From Squalus acanthias (Eukaryota): a DNA stretch of 64,000 nucleotides. Position numbers and translations under genes: made by a program. Below are positions 53,901 to 63,000 of the stretch, one piece after another. The stretch is from contig CM059427.1 of NCBI GenBank assembly GCA_030390025.1, positions 186,806,001-186,870,000 on the forward strand, in the 5' to 3' direction. Each line of letters starts with the position of its first letter. Positions within the stretch are counted from its first letter, which is position 1. The notes under the pieces were generated by a model, which saw nothing but the letters and a program-made list of their open reading frames with translations, was not told the origin of the DNA and searched no databases.

Positions 53901-56900
53901 GAGGAAAAAGCATCAATGGTACATGGCTGAAATAAAGAACAGAGGGAAAAGAAACAAAAAGAAGCATCAGCTATACTTGGTTAAAAAACCTCACAGGATT
54001 GAAGGAAAGCAAAAGCCAGTTAGACCGTTAAACTTACTGTGAATGCAGCTCTATCACCAACGTTGTTTGTGCCGGATTCTCACACAGGTCTTGTGATTCA
54101 CTGAGCAGTGGGAATTCCTACAGAGTATCCGTGATAGGCACCAGACAGCAATTCACCACCTCAACAGCACCTGTCCACGCACTGAGTGTTAATAATAGGC
54201 TCAGCAATATTACAAGGCAAGGTTTCACACCGAGCAGCACAGTGCGTGGATCCTGCGTTCGCTCCCACACTAGAAACCCCGCCAGAGGAACTTGGGGTCG
54301 ATGTGAACTATCGGGTGTCTGACCGGCGGAGCGGGAGGGCGATGGACGGCCGCCCGATGGTGCTGACGCAGGCCCGGTCCATGTTGACGGACGGGCCTCA
54401 TTAGCATCACACCGGCAGGCCTTGGGCAGAAATCGATGGGCCAACCGCCTGACTCCACCCGCCCAGCGCTAGGCCCGGGAGAAGATCGCCGCGGCCACAG
54501 TGACTGCAGGAATGGGGGGAAGGGGGGCTGAGCCATTCCCGGCCATTTTCCGGGACATTATCATCCTGATTCCACCAGCCGGGAGGCCTCAAAATTCAAC
54601 CACTCACTCCCTGAACAGTGGGATTATAGGTCATTGAATACAATAGTACATTGAGGCTTGCAAACCAGATATTAGAGAAGACAATGACATTGATATGGAG
54701 AGTAAACTAAAGACAAATGATTGAGGATAACATGGAAGATCACATTCAATGTTCTGTTTAATAGTTTAAAATTAGGTTTGATAATCTTGACCATGATCAA
54801 TGCCATGGGAGATGACCCAGTCGATCATAATTATAACGGAAGTCTGTCTACTGATGAAATTGTCCATTTATATCAAGTACTTACCTCATCTAGTGTTACA
54901 ATATTATATTAATTAAGATTTTGAAATAAATATTAAATTAAATGTACCATAGATAAACATTACAACAACACACAAAACTTTCAAAAACATGCATGGTAGC
55001 ACTGTTAAACATTAATAGTTTCAACAAAATTGCACTTTGTCAAAATAGGTGTTTTTTAAGTGAGTGCCAGTTACAGATCTGAGGCTGTCTCACGCCGAGA
55101 TTGGGAACTCACCACCTGGGGAATCTCAGGAGTGAATCTGTATTCTGCCCCTCTGGTCAGGACAACACTTTCACATCCAGTTTGTCAGTTTAGACAATGA
55201 ATGACCCAATTTTGAGTTTATTCACTCACTTTTCATTCACTCAGAGCTGCTCACTTTAATTCTAAACCATTGCACCCACAAGAATCTGATGAAAATAGTC
55301 AAATCCAGACACATAAAATGTGACAAAAAGAACACAACGTGGACTTGGTCTTGATGGAAATATTTGGTTCTCTGGTTCCCAGTGTTTAAAGCAGAATGTT
55401 TTCACTTTCCACATCTTTTATAGAATGACTGGCAGGAGTATTTAAATATTAAACGAGATGGAGAGTGAAACTAAAATATCAACTTTGTCCTTCACAGTGA
55501 GAGCGAGACCACTTCCGGAGATTTGGATCATCACAGTTTCGGGCTACTTGTTGGTTAAACTGGGCGTTGCTGTTGGACTAATTTGCTGCTTGAAGAGGAT
55601 GACCAGAGTAAGAATTTCTTTAAGCTTTCCAGTAAATCAGGAATTAGTTCCGAGCTGTCACTTGACACTGAGAAAACTGATGTTCGTTGAACTGATATTA
55701 TGTGGTCACAAACTGTATTTTAAAGTTTCATTTAAATATTGTACATTGTATTGAATTTAAAGGAATCATCAGTTAAAGAAAGTAATTGTTCCAAATTTGG
55801 TGAAATCTTAGAGCTTTGAATATTTTTCCTGATTCAAACGGCAATAACTGCCCTGCTCCCACTTTCCATCAGGCTCTGAGAAAGGAATCAGGGCGATCTC
55901 GGAGGGCCATACCTGATTATCAATGAATGGACAATGCTCAAACTAGGAGCCCAATCTTTTAATATTTTTTATTGATTATCACAAATATTCCTCTTTGAAA
56001 TTTGTAACTTGAAAGTTGTCAGAAACCAATATTTGAACAGTTAAAGCACAACCAGTAAAAATTACTGTAAATGGAAGTTACTAATGTATTCTGTGACAAT
56101 TAATGAGTTTGATCATTTTAATGTGTGCTGTTATTCTTGTTGCTGTGGCCTGGTGGCGCAAGAGAGCTGCAGTAGTGTTGGGCCAAAAATGAATTTGTCG
56201 CTCTGTAAACCACTTCCTCTGTGGCAGGTTTGGTTTACCTGATTTACTCATCGTCAAATCTCAGTCGATTCAAAAGCAAAGTTTCTGTTTCGGAGAGCCC
56301 TGTCGGGTTTGTGTTAGAGGAAGAAGTGTTTCAAGGCTGTGTGCTTCTGGGTGAAGCGAGGCGTTGTAGAATGGGAACTATTGGGGTGAGAGGCACAGAA
56401 ATGTGGTAACAAGTGGAAAGTTTGAACTGACATGAAGGATGTGAGGTAATCTGTATTGTTCAGGATGTTTACATAGAATTACATAGAATTTACAGCACAG
56501 AAACAGAACATTCGGCCCAGCAGGTCTGTGTCGGTGTTTATGCTCCACACGAGCCTCCTCCCACCCTACTTCATCTCACCCTATCGACATATCCTTCTAT
56601 TCCTTTCTCCCTCATGTACTTATCCAGCTTCCCCTTAAATCAATCTGTACTATTCGCCTAAAACACTGCATATGGTTGCGAGTTCCAGCGAGGAAGGAAT
56701 AGGGAAATCTCTGAGGGCCAAACCTGATTATCAATGAATGAAATAAAAACAGAAAATGAATGAACTTTGCTCACACTAGGAGCCCAATATTCTAGTTTTA
56801 AAATTTTTCATTGAATTTACTGTCACAAATATTCCTCTTGGAAATTGAAAATTGGTAACTTGCATGTCGTCAGAAACCAATTTTATTTGAACAGTTGTTT

Positions 56901-57579
56901 GAAAAAGCACAACCAGTAAAAATTACAATAAACTGAACAGTACGATTGTATTTAGTGAAAATTAATGATTATTTATTATTTAAAAATTAAAATTAACTTT
57001 ACTTAAGATCACAGCTCAGGGAGGTAACAAGAGAGACAGAATCAGTAGCTTTAGTAGGAGAGCATTGTTCTGTCAGAAGTAGAGTTGTAAGTTCAAGGAG
57101 GTAACTTTACTGGTGAGGTCAGTCAACCACAGGGAGAACCTCTTCGAAATGTGGTCACACTATGGCCATGAACTTCGAGCTCAATGGTGTGACCTTATTT
57201 TACATTCATACATTCATAGTAGGAAAAATCTTCCACAGTATCTTCTATCAGTAACTGGAGTTAGTTTATCATTTTAATCAGGTCTGTTCCTTCCAATTAC
57301 TGAGCCTTTAATTGTTGAAATTATCTCATTAACACTGAGCCAGTGATGTGTGGGTCATGGTCTGTTCTGTTGCCCATTCTGTAAAATTACTCCTCTATTC
57401 GACTTCCTCTTTATCCATCACTTCCAGTCCAGTGTTTATTATTGAAGGATAAGCTCTTTATTTAAAGCACATTTCTTGCCTCTTGTCAGATATCGAACAG
57501 CGGGAATCCACACGAGGCGACAGGAAATGAAACAGATGATTCACAAGGAGCCAGCGCATTTCAGACCCTTGAACTCTGA
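8850..57579 (+). CDS. Spliced gene for a type I membrane IgSF receptor with 8 Ig domains (V*-C2-V-C2)x2, CD4/LAG-3-related, Lys in TM. Exons 8850-8937, 13758-14099, 17779-18048, 28233-28571, 28650-28919, 34574-34918, 47612-47884, 49813-50151, 50230-50499, 55498-55607, then 55873-55926 or 57490-57579
   Basis: All exons have AG/GT boundaries. The eight Ig exons are phase 1-1 with lengths divisible by 3 (342, 270, 339, 270, 345, 273, 339, 270) and no internal stops. The joined frame is open for 882 codons to the end of the TM exon. Hydrophobic leader and TM are present. Confidence 0.85.
9067..9718. mobile_element. MITE-like element (related to 2549-3155)
   Basis: Termini ggggtagagtttctgct / agcggaaacaccaggcc; shared internal ctcaaactcatttgcatatcg. 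Confidence 0.55.
10433..12123 (-). mobile_element. Solo LTR (family of 45243-46494)
   Basis: TGTAGG...CCTTACA ends; both terminal segments are homologous to 45243-46494; no clean TSD. Confidence 0.7.
13758..14099 (+). CDS. Ig domain 1 exon (V-like, no cysteines)
   Basis: ctaacag acceptor, gtgagt donor; VVWEWKP (C strand), [18 protein letters not shown] (E/F strands); paralog of 34574-34918. Confidence 0.85.
14616..15967. mobile_element. Harbinger-like non-autonomous element with internal minisatellite and nested LINE
   Basis: TIR ggggggaattttaa / ttaaaattccggcc (12/14 match); TSD ATT; ccttccgacctcc-type repeats at ~14990-15240. Confidence 0.65.
15397..15952 (+). mobile_element. Non-LTR retrotransposon 3' fragment (CR1/L2 group)
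   Basis: [32 protein letters not shown]; ends aataaatgctggccttgccagc...A-tail. Confidence 0.8.
16348..17109. mobile_element. PIF/Harbinger-type MITE
   Basis: Degenerate TIRs, 3-bp TSD ATT; collinear with 20801-21563. Confidence 0.75.
17779..18048 (+). CDS. Ig domain 2 exon (C2-like)
   Basis: tttcacag acceptor, gtaagt donor; VTLSC...LQWK...DKELYAC. Confidence 0.9.
18467..18710 (+). pseudogene. Partial pseudo-exon copy of the D2/D6 exon 3' end plus adjacent intron
   Basis: ttggagtagaagataagaatttgcatttgtgtgaagtgTAGgaa...gatgtggatcagg|gtgagg aligns to the D2/D6 ends; downstream sequence matches 47885-48040. Confidence 0.7.
18993..22520 (-). mobile_element. CR1 LINE (degenerate ORF2) interrupted by a MITE
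   Basis: Reverse-strand endonuclease and RT fragments ([17 protein letters not shown]..); (atcataga)n tail at the left end. Confidence 0.9.
20801..21563. mobile_element. PIF/Harbinger-type MITE inserted in CR1
   Basis: TIR ggaccagaaattcggc / gccgaatttctggccc (15/16); TSD AAT; the empty site cttaatgtatttataaaac is seen in the related CR1 at ~42847. Confidence 0.85.
22530..24318. mobile_element. Harbinger deletion derivative with Myb/SANT-like gene remnant on the - strand
   Basis: [25 protein letters not shown] at 23790-23882; segments homologous to 31600-33600. Confidence 0.7.
25297..27548. mobile_element. Harbinger transposon, internally deleted: Myb/SANT gene (+, exon from 25568 to 25807 and exon from 26150) and DDE transposase remnant (-)
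   Basis: Perfect 12-bp TIR ggccgcgatttt / aaaatcgcggcc; TSD TCT; [18 protein letters not shown]; [24 protein letters not shown]. Confidence 0.88.
28233..28571 (+). CDS. Ig domain 3 exon (V-set)
   Basis: attgcag acceptor, gtagga donor; LDLIC...WTW...FSVRI...EDAGVYTC. Confidence 0.9.
28650..28919 (+). CDS. Ig domain 4 exon (C2, WxC motif)
   Basis: 78-bp intron upstream; EGDTVTLTC...VVW...GNWIC; gtaagt donor. Confidence 0.9.
29072..29796 (+). mobile_element. Non-LTR retrotransposon 3' fragment
   Basis: Same family as 15397-15952; A-tail; empty site visible at ~52700. Confidence 0.8.
30234..30995. mobile_element. Harbinger-type non-autonomous element
   Basis: Perfect 13-bp TIR gggctcgattttg / caaaatcgagccc; TSD AAA; (GTA)/(GTG) microsatellite at 30663-30695. 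Confidence 0.8.
31546..33945 (+). mobile_element. Harbinger transposon with frameshifted DDE transposase (32096-33143)
   Basis: [51 protein letters not shown]; frameshift near 32480; outer boundaries approximate. Confidence 0.85.
34574..34918 (+). CDS. Ig domain 5 exon (V-like, D1 paralog)
   Basis: cttgcag acceptor, gtaagt donor; [41 protein letters not shown]. Confidence 0.88.
37111..42826 (+). mobile_element. CR1 LINE, middle layer (near-complete ORF2, frameshift near 38640)
   Basis: 510-aa and 207-aa ORFs; ...CNISK at 39280 resumes as FADDTKL at 41899; (ttctatgt)n tail. Confidence 0.9.
39281..41898 (+). mobile_element. CR1 LINE, inner layer, 5'-truncated, uninterrupted 831-aa ORF2
   Basis: ORF 39304-41799 with partial endonuclease and full RT; (tatctatg)n tail. 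Confidence 0.93.
44559..47478. mobile_element. Probable solo LTR-like element hosting a nested solo LTR
   Basis: TGAAGG...CCTTCACA ends flanked by CATA/CATA; degenerate ~180-bp internal repeats at 46660-47200. Confidence 0.5.
45243..46494 (-). mobile_element. Solo LTR
   Basis: TGTAGG...CCTTACA ends; 4-bp TSD AAGC; reverse-strand AATAAA near 45391. Confidence 0.82.
47612..47884 (+). CDS. Ig domain 6 exon (C2-like, D2 paralog, F-strand Cys replaced by Trp)
   Basis: tttttacag acceptor, gtaagt donor; [19 protein letters not shown]...NLYTWEVQE. Not in the ORF track because it has no start codon. Confidence 0.85.
48634..49300 (+). mobile_element. Penelope-like element 3' fragment (GIY-YIG endonuclease)
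   Basis: [45 protein letters not shown]. Confidence 0.85.
49813..50151 (+). CDS. Ig domain 7 exon (V-set, D3 paralog)
   Basis: atttcag acceptor, gtagga donor; LSLIC...WTW...EDAGVYTC. Confidence 0.9.
50230..50499 (+). CDS. Ig domain 8 exon (C2, WxC motif, D4 paralog)
   Basis: 78-bp intron upstream; EGDTVTLTC...LVW...RNWTC; gtaagt donor. Confidence 0.9.
50546..51735 (-). mobile_element. CR1 LINE 3' fragment
   Basis: [30 protein letters not shown] on the reverse strand. Confidence 0.9.
51985..52209 (+). pseudogene. 5'-truncated pseudo-exon copy of D4/D8
   Basis: ccctgacctgctctgtctctgatgtcactgaatcaatgaga is identical to D4/D8; retains [20 protein letters not shown]; has indels, no acceptor, and the donor is changed to ctaaat. 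Confidence 0.8.
55498..55607 (+). CDS. Transmembrane exon [37 protein letters not shown]
   Basis: ccttcacag acceptor in phase 1; ~24-aa hydrophobic stretch with central Lys, juxtamembrane CC and basic stop-transfer KR; phase-0 donor gtaaga. Confidence 0.82.
55873..55926 (+). CDS. Candidate terminal exon A, short tail [17 protein letters not shown]
   Basis: Pyrimidine-rich acceptor ctcccactttccatcag; open in phase 0; a degenerate copy lies at ~56688-56960. Confidence 0.5.
   Translation, partial: ALRKESGRSRRAIPDYQ
56470..56688 (-). mobile_element. Short CR1 3' end
   Basis: acatagaattacatagaatttacagcacag tail in reverse orientation. Confidence 0.65.
57490..57579 (+). CDS. Candidate terminal exon B, tail [29 protein letters not shown]
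   Basis: Strong acceptor atttcttgcctcttgtcag; 29 open codons in phase 0; AATAAA downstream at 58273-58278. Confidence 0.6.
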   Translation: MSNSGNPHEATGNETDDSQGASAFQTLEL

Positions 57580-58272
57580 TACTGATCTGAGATCATAGAG
57601 TGACTGACACAGCACAGAAGGAGGCCATTCAGCCCATCGTGCCTGTGCTCATCGAGATCTGCAGTCTCTGGAAACTAGATCGACCCAACTTGGGAAACTT
57701 TAGAAATAGATTTGTAGTTTTATTCTGGAGTTATTTTGTGGTAATTTTTTTATGTATCTAGTTTAGTTTATATCCCGAAGTGTCCATTTCAATAGTTCCC
57801 AGTCTCAGTATCTGTTATTTTACTTTACAAGTCCTAACTTGCCAGGTCGCTATAAGAAATTCTAATGGGTGGAAAATCGTGCGAACGTTGGGCTGAATTC
57901 CTGATCTCCACTCGTGGCCGGTGAGGCTCCAGGCTGGGGACACAGTTTTATAACTGTAGGGACTGACGGTGACCCAGTGGTACAGCCGTGTGTGGAGCTT
58001 GAAGTGTTGGGACGTGGATTTGTGACTGTGGGTCCCCAGTGAGTGATCTCAGCTGGACTCTCTCTGCAGAGGAGCTGAATGGAGCTGAGCTGCTACAAAT
58101 GAGAAGGAATGAAACTCGGCTCAGTAAATATGGGCGTCTCCCCTGCACCTCCCAGCACCTGTTCACACAACGAGATCGCGGAATCTCCGGAGAAGGTTGT
58201 CTCCATGCTCCCACCCAGGGAATTGTTTGCAGCAGAGCGCGACTAAAAGATTAACAGAAAAGAAACAGCATG

Positions 58273-58278
58273 AATAAA
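58273..58278 (+). terminator. Candidate polyadenylation signal
   Basis: AATAAA about 700 bp after the stop of terminal exon B. Confidence 0.4.
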
Positions 58279-58656
58279 AGTTGTGGAAAAGTAAATCTGC
58301 AAATTAAAGTGGGAATGATTCCAGCTTTGGGAATGTTTTATTAATTTATCCTTAACAATCAATTAAAAGCCCTGATAATCAATTGTTTGCTGATATTTCT
58401 GATAGATTGTGATGAAGAGATTGGTTCGGAATGGAATGGGAAAGTGTTTCCTTTTGTCATTGAATCTCTCCTGCCCTCCACCCTATCACAGACCTTCCCC
58501 TTTGTTCTTTCCTCCCCCTCTTTTCCCAGGCTCTCTAAATGATTAAAAACAGTTAAATCTCTAACATCTGCCAGTTCAGTTGAAAGGTCATCGAGCTGAA
58601 ACATTAACTCTCTTTCTCTCTCGACAGATGCTGCCTGTCCTGCTGAGTGCTTTCCA

Positions 58657-59806
58657 TGTTAGAAACCAGGGGTGTTCAAAATGTATATGGTTTTACGGAT
58701 AAAACTGTGACGCGAGTAATGCTGTATTTACATGATTGTATTAGAACTAGAGACAGAAAGTCTCTCAGACCAGTATTAGAATAATTAGATAGGTGCGTAG
58801 AATCTGCCTGTGTTTTGGTTCCCTGCGGATCTTATAGCATTCTGCAGTGTGACGGTCATCAATAATCTTGTTTTCAAGTTAGGATTTCAACCTTGTTTAT
58901 GTTTCTCTAATTTGACCAACCAAGGTCCAATGTTATATTTCTTCCATTACTGCTAATAACCATATTATAATGCTAAGGTAGGATTTTGACTTTGTTTAAC
59001 AAAACTGCTTTAAAATGCGTAAGTTAACCAGTGTATGAGAATAGAATAGAAGATATCTTTGGGAATTTAATGATTCATTCCATGGTCCAATAGTCTGATA
59101 ATGAGATAGTTAGTTTTGCATAGCTAAAGCTGCATGAACAGCATGAGCATAAATAACTGATAACAAGCAGTTACGAACACCTGATGGTCAAGAATGGCAT
59201 GTCCGACTCCAAACTAGGGAGGATAGAGACAAGAGAGATAAGACACGAATTCCAAAGGAAGAACCTTCAGAAAGATTAAACAATAAGACAAATTGAATGA
59301 GGTAATGAGACCCCCTTTTGGGGAGGGCTTTCATCCAAGAACCAAGACAAAGAACTTGAGCTGTCATTGGTTGATGAGGTTTTAGAGGAACCTCTATAGG
59401 TTAAATGGTCTTGTCAATAACTTGGCTTCAGGCCCACCCCTAAAAAGAGAATAAAAGTGACACCCTGAGTGCTTGTCCACACAGACGGTGGAGGGGAGAG
59501 CCAGACAGAAGCTGGGCTGGTCGAACGCTCTTTTGAGAGTGATCCCACGCTCACCAACTCAAAGGCCCTGGAGGGAGAGAGAGAGAGAGGCCAGAAGCCA
59601 GAGAACTGTTCACGCACGCCAGCCGTCTGTCCGATCGGGACCGGTACCAGCTACTTGTCACAGTCATATGTTTTTGCTGTGTAACTAGCATGTTATATTC
59701 CGTCTTAAACTCTGATTAAACACAATGTACCCACCATATTGGTTTGCAGTCGATCTTGATTATTTGAAAGACTAGAGATAAGCTACAAATTGGCCTAATC
59801 TCTACA
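58657..59806. mobile_element. Solo LTR inserted in a Penelope 3' fragment
   Basis: TGTTAG...CTACA ends; TSD TCCA; the flanks rejoin to tgctgagtg..tttccagcattttctg as seen at ~49240-49265. Confidence 0.8.
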
Positions 59807-59936
59807 TCCAGCATTTTCTGTTTTTATTCCTCTTTAGCCACGTTGCAATAATGGGGAGAGTACATTTCCCTTTCATTTTGATTCCATTCCTTTAACCATT
59901 TATGGGAATGCATCTAAGGTAATGGATCTGAATACC

Positions 59937-60026
59937 TGATAAACCCCTTCGAATCCAGCACAGCTCCAGTCCTGGACATGATAAACCCCTTCGAATCCAG
60001 CACAGCTCCAGTCATGTCCATGATAA
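59937..60026. repeat. 42-bp-period tandem repeat (two copies plus a partial third)
   Basis: tgataaaccccttcgaatccagcacagctccagtc at 59937 and 59979. Confidence 0.85.
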
Positions 60027-60039
60027 TATACAGGATATA

Positions 60040-63000
60040 AAGACCGTGGAAGAGCGAGGTCTGAGAGCGGAGGCAGCGAACCTGAGAACAAATACAAGGA
60101 GTGACGTCACAGGAAAGCAGGGAAGTGATTGGTTGGTCAGTATTTCTCTCTTTATCTTGGGCATTGGTTTAAATTAAGAGCCGGGATTAAAAACTAAACG
60201 TTCAAAAAGAGGGAGCTGATTGGTGAGTATCTGGTAAGTGTTTTTACTTGGCTTTCTTAAAGTTTTCAACTTTATTCCAGCTAGGTTAGAAAATAGTCTG
60301 TTAATTAGAGGTATGGCAGGTCAGCTCACACCCGTGGAATGCACATCCTGTGCCATGTGGGAAGTCCTGGACACCTCCCGTGATCTGGACGACCACATGT
60401 GCGGGAAGTGTCGCCAGCTACAGCAGCTCGAGCACCGGGTTACAGAGCTTGAGCGGCGGCTGCAGTCACTGCTGTGCATCCGCGAGACTGAGAGCTACGT
60501 GGATAGCACGTTTCGGGAGGTGGTCACCCCGCAGCTTAAGAGTGTGCAGGCAGAGAGGGAATGGGTGACCGTCAGACAGAAGAGGAGGACCAGGCAGGTA
60601 GTGCAGGAGTCCCCTGAGCCCATCTTGCTCACCAACCAGTATTCGGTGCTGAGTACTGGTGAGAGCAGATGGTTCCTCTGGGGAGTGCAGCCAGAGCCAA
60701 GTCCACAGTACCATGGAAGGCTCAGCTGCACAGGCGGGGGGGGCGGGGGAAGAGGAGAGGGAGAGCAATAGTGATAGGGGATTCAATAGTTAGGGGAGCA
60801 GACAGGCGTTTCTGCGGCAGCAGACGTGACTCCAGGATGGTATGTTGCCTCCCTGGTTCCAGGGTCAAGGATGCACTGAATGGCTGCAGGGCATTCTGAG
60901 GGGGGAGAGTGAACAGCCAGAGGTCATGGTCCATATCGGTATCAACGACATAGGTAGGAAGAGGGATGAGGTCCTGCAGGCAGAGTTTAGGGAGCGAGGA
61001 AAGAGGTTAAAAAGCAAGACCTCAAAGGTAGCAATCTCCAGATTACAACCAGTGCCACGTGCTAGTGAGTACAGAAATAGGAAGATAGAGCAGATGAATG
61101 CGTGGCTGGAGAGATGATGTAGGAGGGAGGGCTTTAGATTCCTGAGCAATTGGAACTGTTTCTGGGGGAGGTGGGACCTCTACAAGCCAGATGGGTTGCA
61201 CCTCAACAGGAATGGGACCAATATCCTCGCGGGAGGGTTTGCTAGTGCTGTTGGGGAGGATTTAAACTAGCTTGGCAGGGGATGGGAACCTAAGAATAGA
61301 GTCGGTAGGGAGGGAAGAAAAACTGGAATTGGAAAACAAAAACATAGAAAGTAAATTGGAAGGACAGAGGAATCAAAGGCTAGATAGTAGTCAACAAGGA
61401 GGTTTGCCTGTACTAAATGGTATATACTTCAATGCAAGGAGTATAGCGAACAAGGCCGATGAGCTGAGGGCACAGGTAGATACTTGGGACTATGATATTA
61501 TAGCTATTACAGAGACGTGGCTGAAAGAGGGGCAGGTATGGCAGCTCAACATTCCTGGTTACAGGATTTTCAGACGATATAGAAACGGAGGTAAAAAGGG
61601 AGGGGGGGTCACGGTATTGATTAAAGAAAATATTAAAGCTGTGAGGAGGGATGATATGTTGGAGGAATCATCAAATGAGGCCATATGGGTCGAACTGAAA
61701 AACAAAAAAGGGGGCAATCACACTGCTGGGAGTGTACTACAGACCCCCAAACAGTGAGAGGGAGATAGAAGAACAAATATGTCGACAAATTTCTGAGAAG
61801 TGCAAAAACTACAGAGCAGTAATAGTAGGGGATTTCAACTACCCCAATATTAACTGGGATAAAATTAGTGTGAAGGGTATAGAGGGTGCGGAATTCCTAA
61901 AATGCATCCAGGAGAACTTTTTTAGCCAGTGTGTAGCAAGCCCAACAAGGGAGGCGGCGGTTCTGGACTTAGTTTTAGGGAATGAAGCTGGGCAGGTAGA
62001 AGGCGTATCAGTGGGGAAGCATTTTGGTGCTAGTGACCATAATTCTGTTAGATTTAAGGTAGTTATGGAAAAGGACAAGGATAGACCAGGAATAAAAATT
62101 CTAAATTGGGGAAAAGCAAATTTTGCTAAGCAGAGAGGGGATTTAGCCATAGTGGACTGGAAACAGCTACTTGAAGGTAAATCAGTGTCAGAGCAGTGGG
62201 AGGCATTCAAGGAGGAGATCCGGAGGGTTCAGACCAAATATGTGCCCTTAAAGAAAAAAGGTGGCACTAACAAATCTAGAGCCCCTTGGATGTCTAGAGG
62301 CATACAGGGTAGGATAATGAAAAAAAGGGAGGCGTATGACAGATACCGAGGGCTAAATACTCCAGAATCTTTAGAGGAGTACAGAAAGTGCAGGGGTGCA
62401 ATTAAAAAGTATATTAGGAAAGCAAAGAGAGAGCATGACAAATTCTTGGCAAGTAAAATCAAGGAAAACCCAAAGATGTTTTATAAATATATTAAGAGTA
62501 AGAGGATAACTAAAGAAAGGCTAGGGCCTATTAGAGATCATGAGGGTAATCTGTGTGTGGAGGCGGGAGACGTCGGTAGGGTTATTAATGAATACTTTGC
62601 GTCTGTTTTCACAAAGGAGAGGGGTGAAGCAGACATTGCTATCAGGGAGGAGGAGTGTGAAATATTAGATGAAATAAACATAGTGAGAGAGGAAGTATTA
62701 AGGGGTTTAGCAGCTTTAAAAGTGGATAAATCCCCAGGCCCGGATGAAATGTATCCCAGGCTGTTAAGCGAAGCAAAAGAGGAAATAGCAGAGACCCTGA
62801 CCATCATTTTTCAATCCTCTCTGGCTTCAGGTGTGGTGCCGGAGGACCAGAGGACTGCTAATGTGGTACCCTTGTTTAAAAAGGGTGAAAAGGATAGACC
62901 GAGTAATTACACGTCAGTCAGCCTAACCTTGGTGGTGGGAAAATTATTGGAAAGAATTCTGAAGGACAATAAATCTTCATTTAGAAAGACACGGATTAAT

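Noticed and set aside
57008-57023. Possible micro-exon between TM and terminal exon B
   Set aside because: Weak acceptor and donor, and 16 nt would shift the frame.
8850-57579. Naming the gene CD4 or LAG3
   Set aside because: Eight domains, unsplit V exons, charged TM and no Lck-binding motif; orthology needs phylogeny and synteny.
59937-60026. CRISPR-like repeat
   Set aside because: Eukaryotic context, two copies with 7-bp spacers, no cas genes; a simple tandem duplication.
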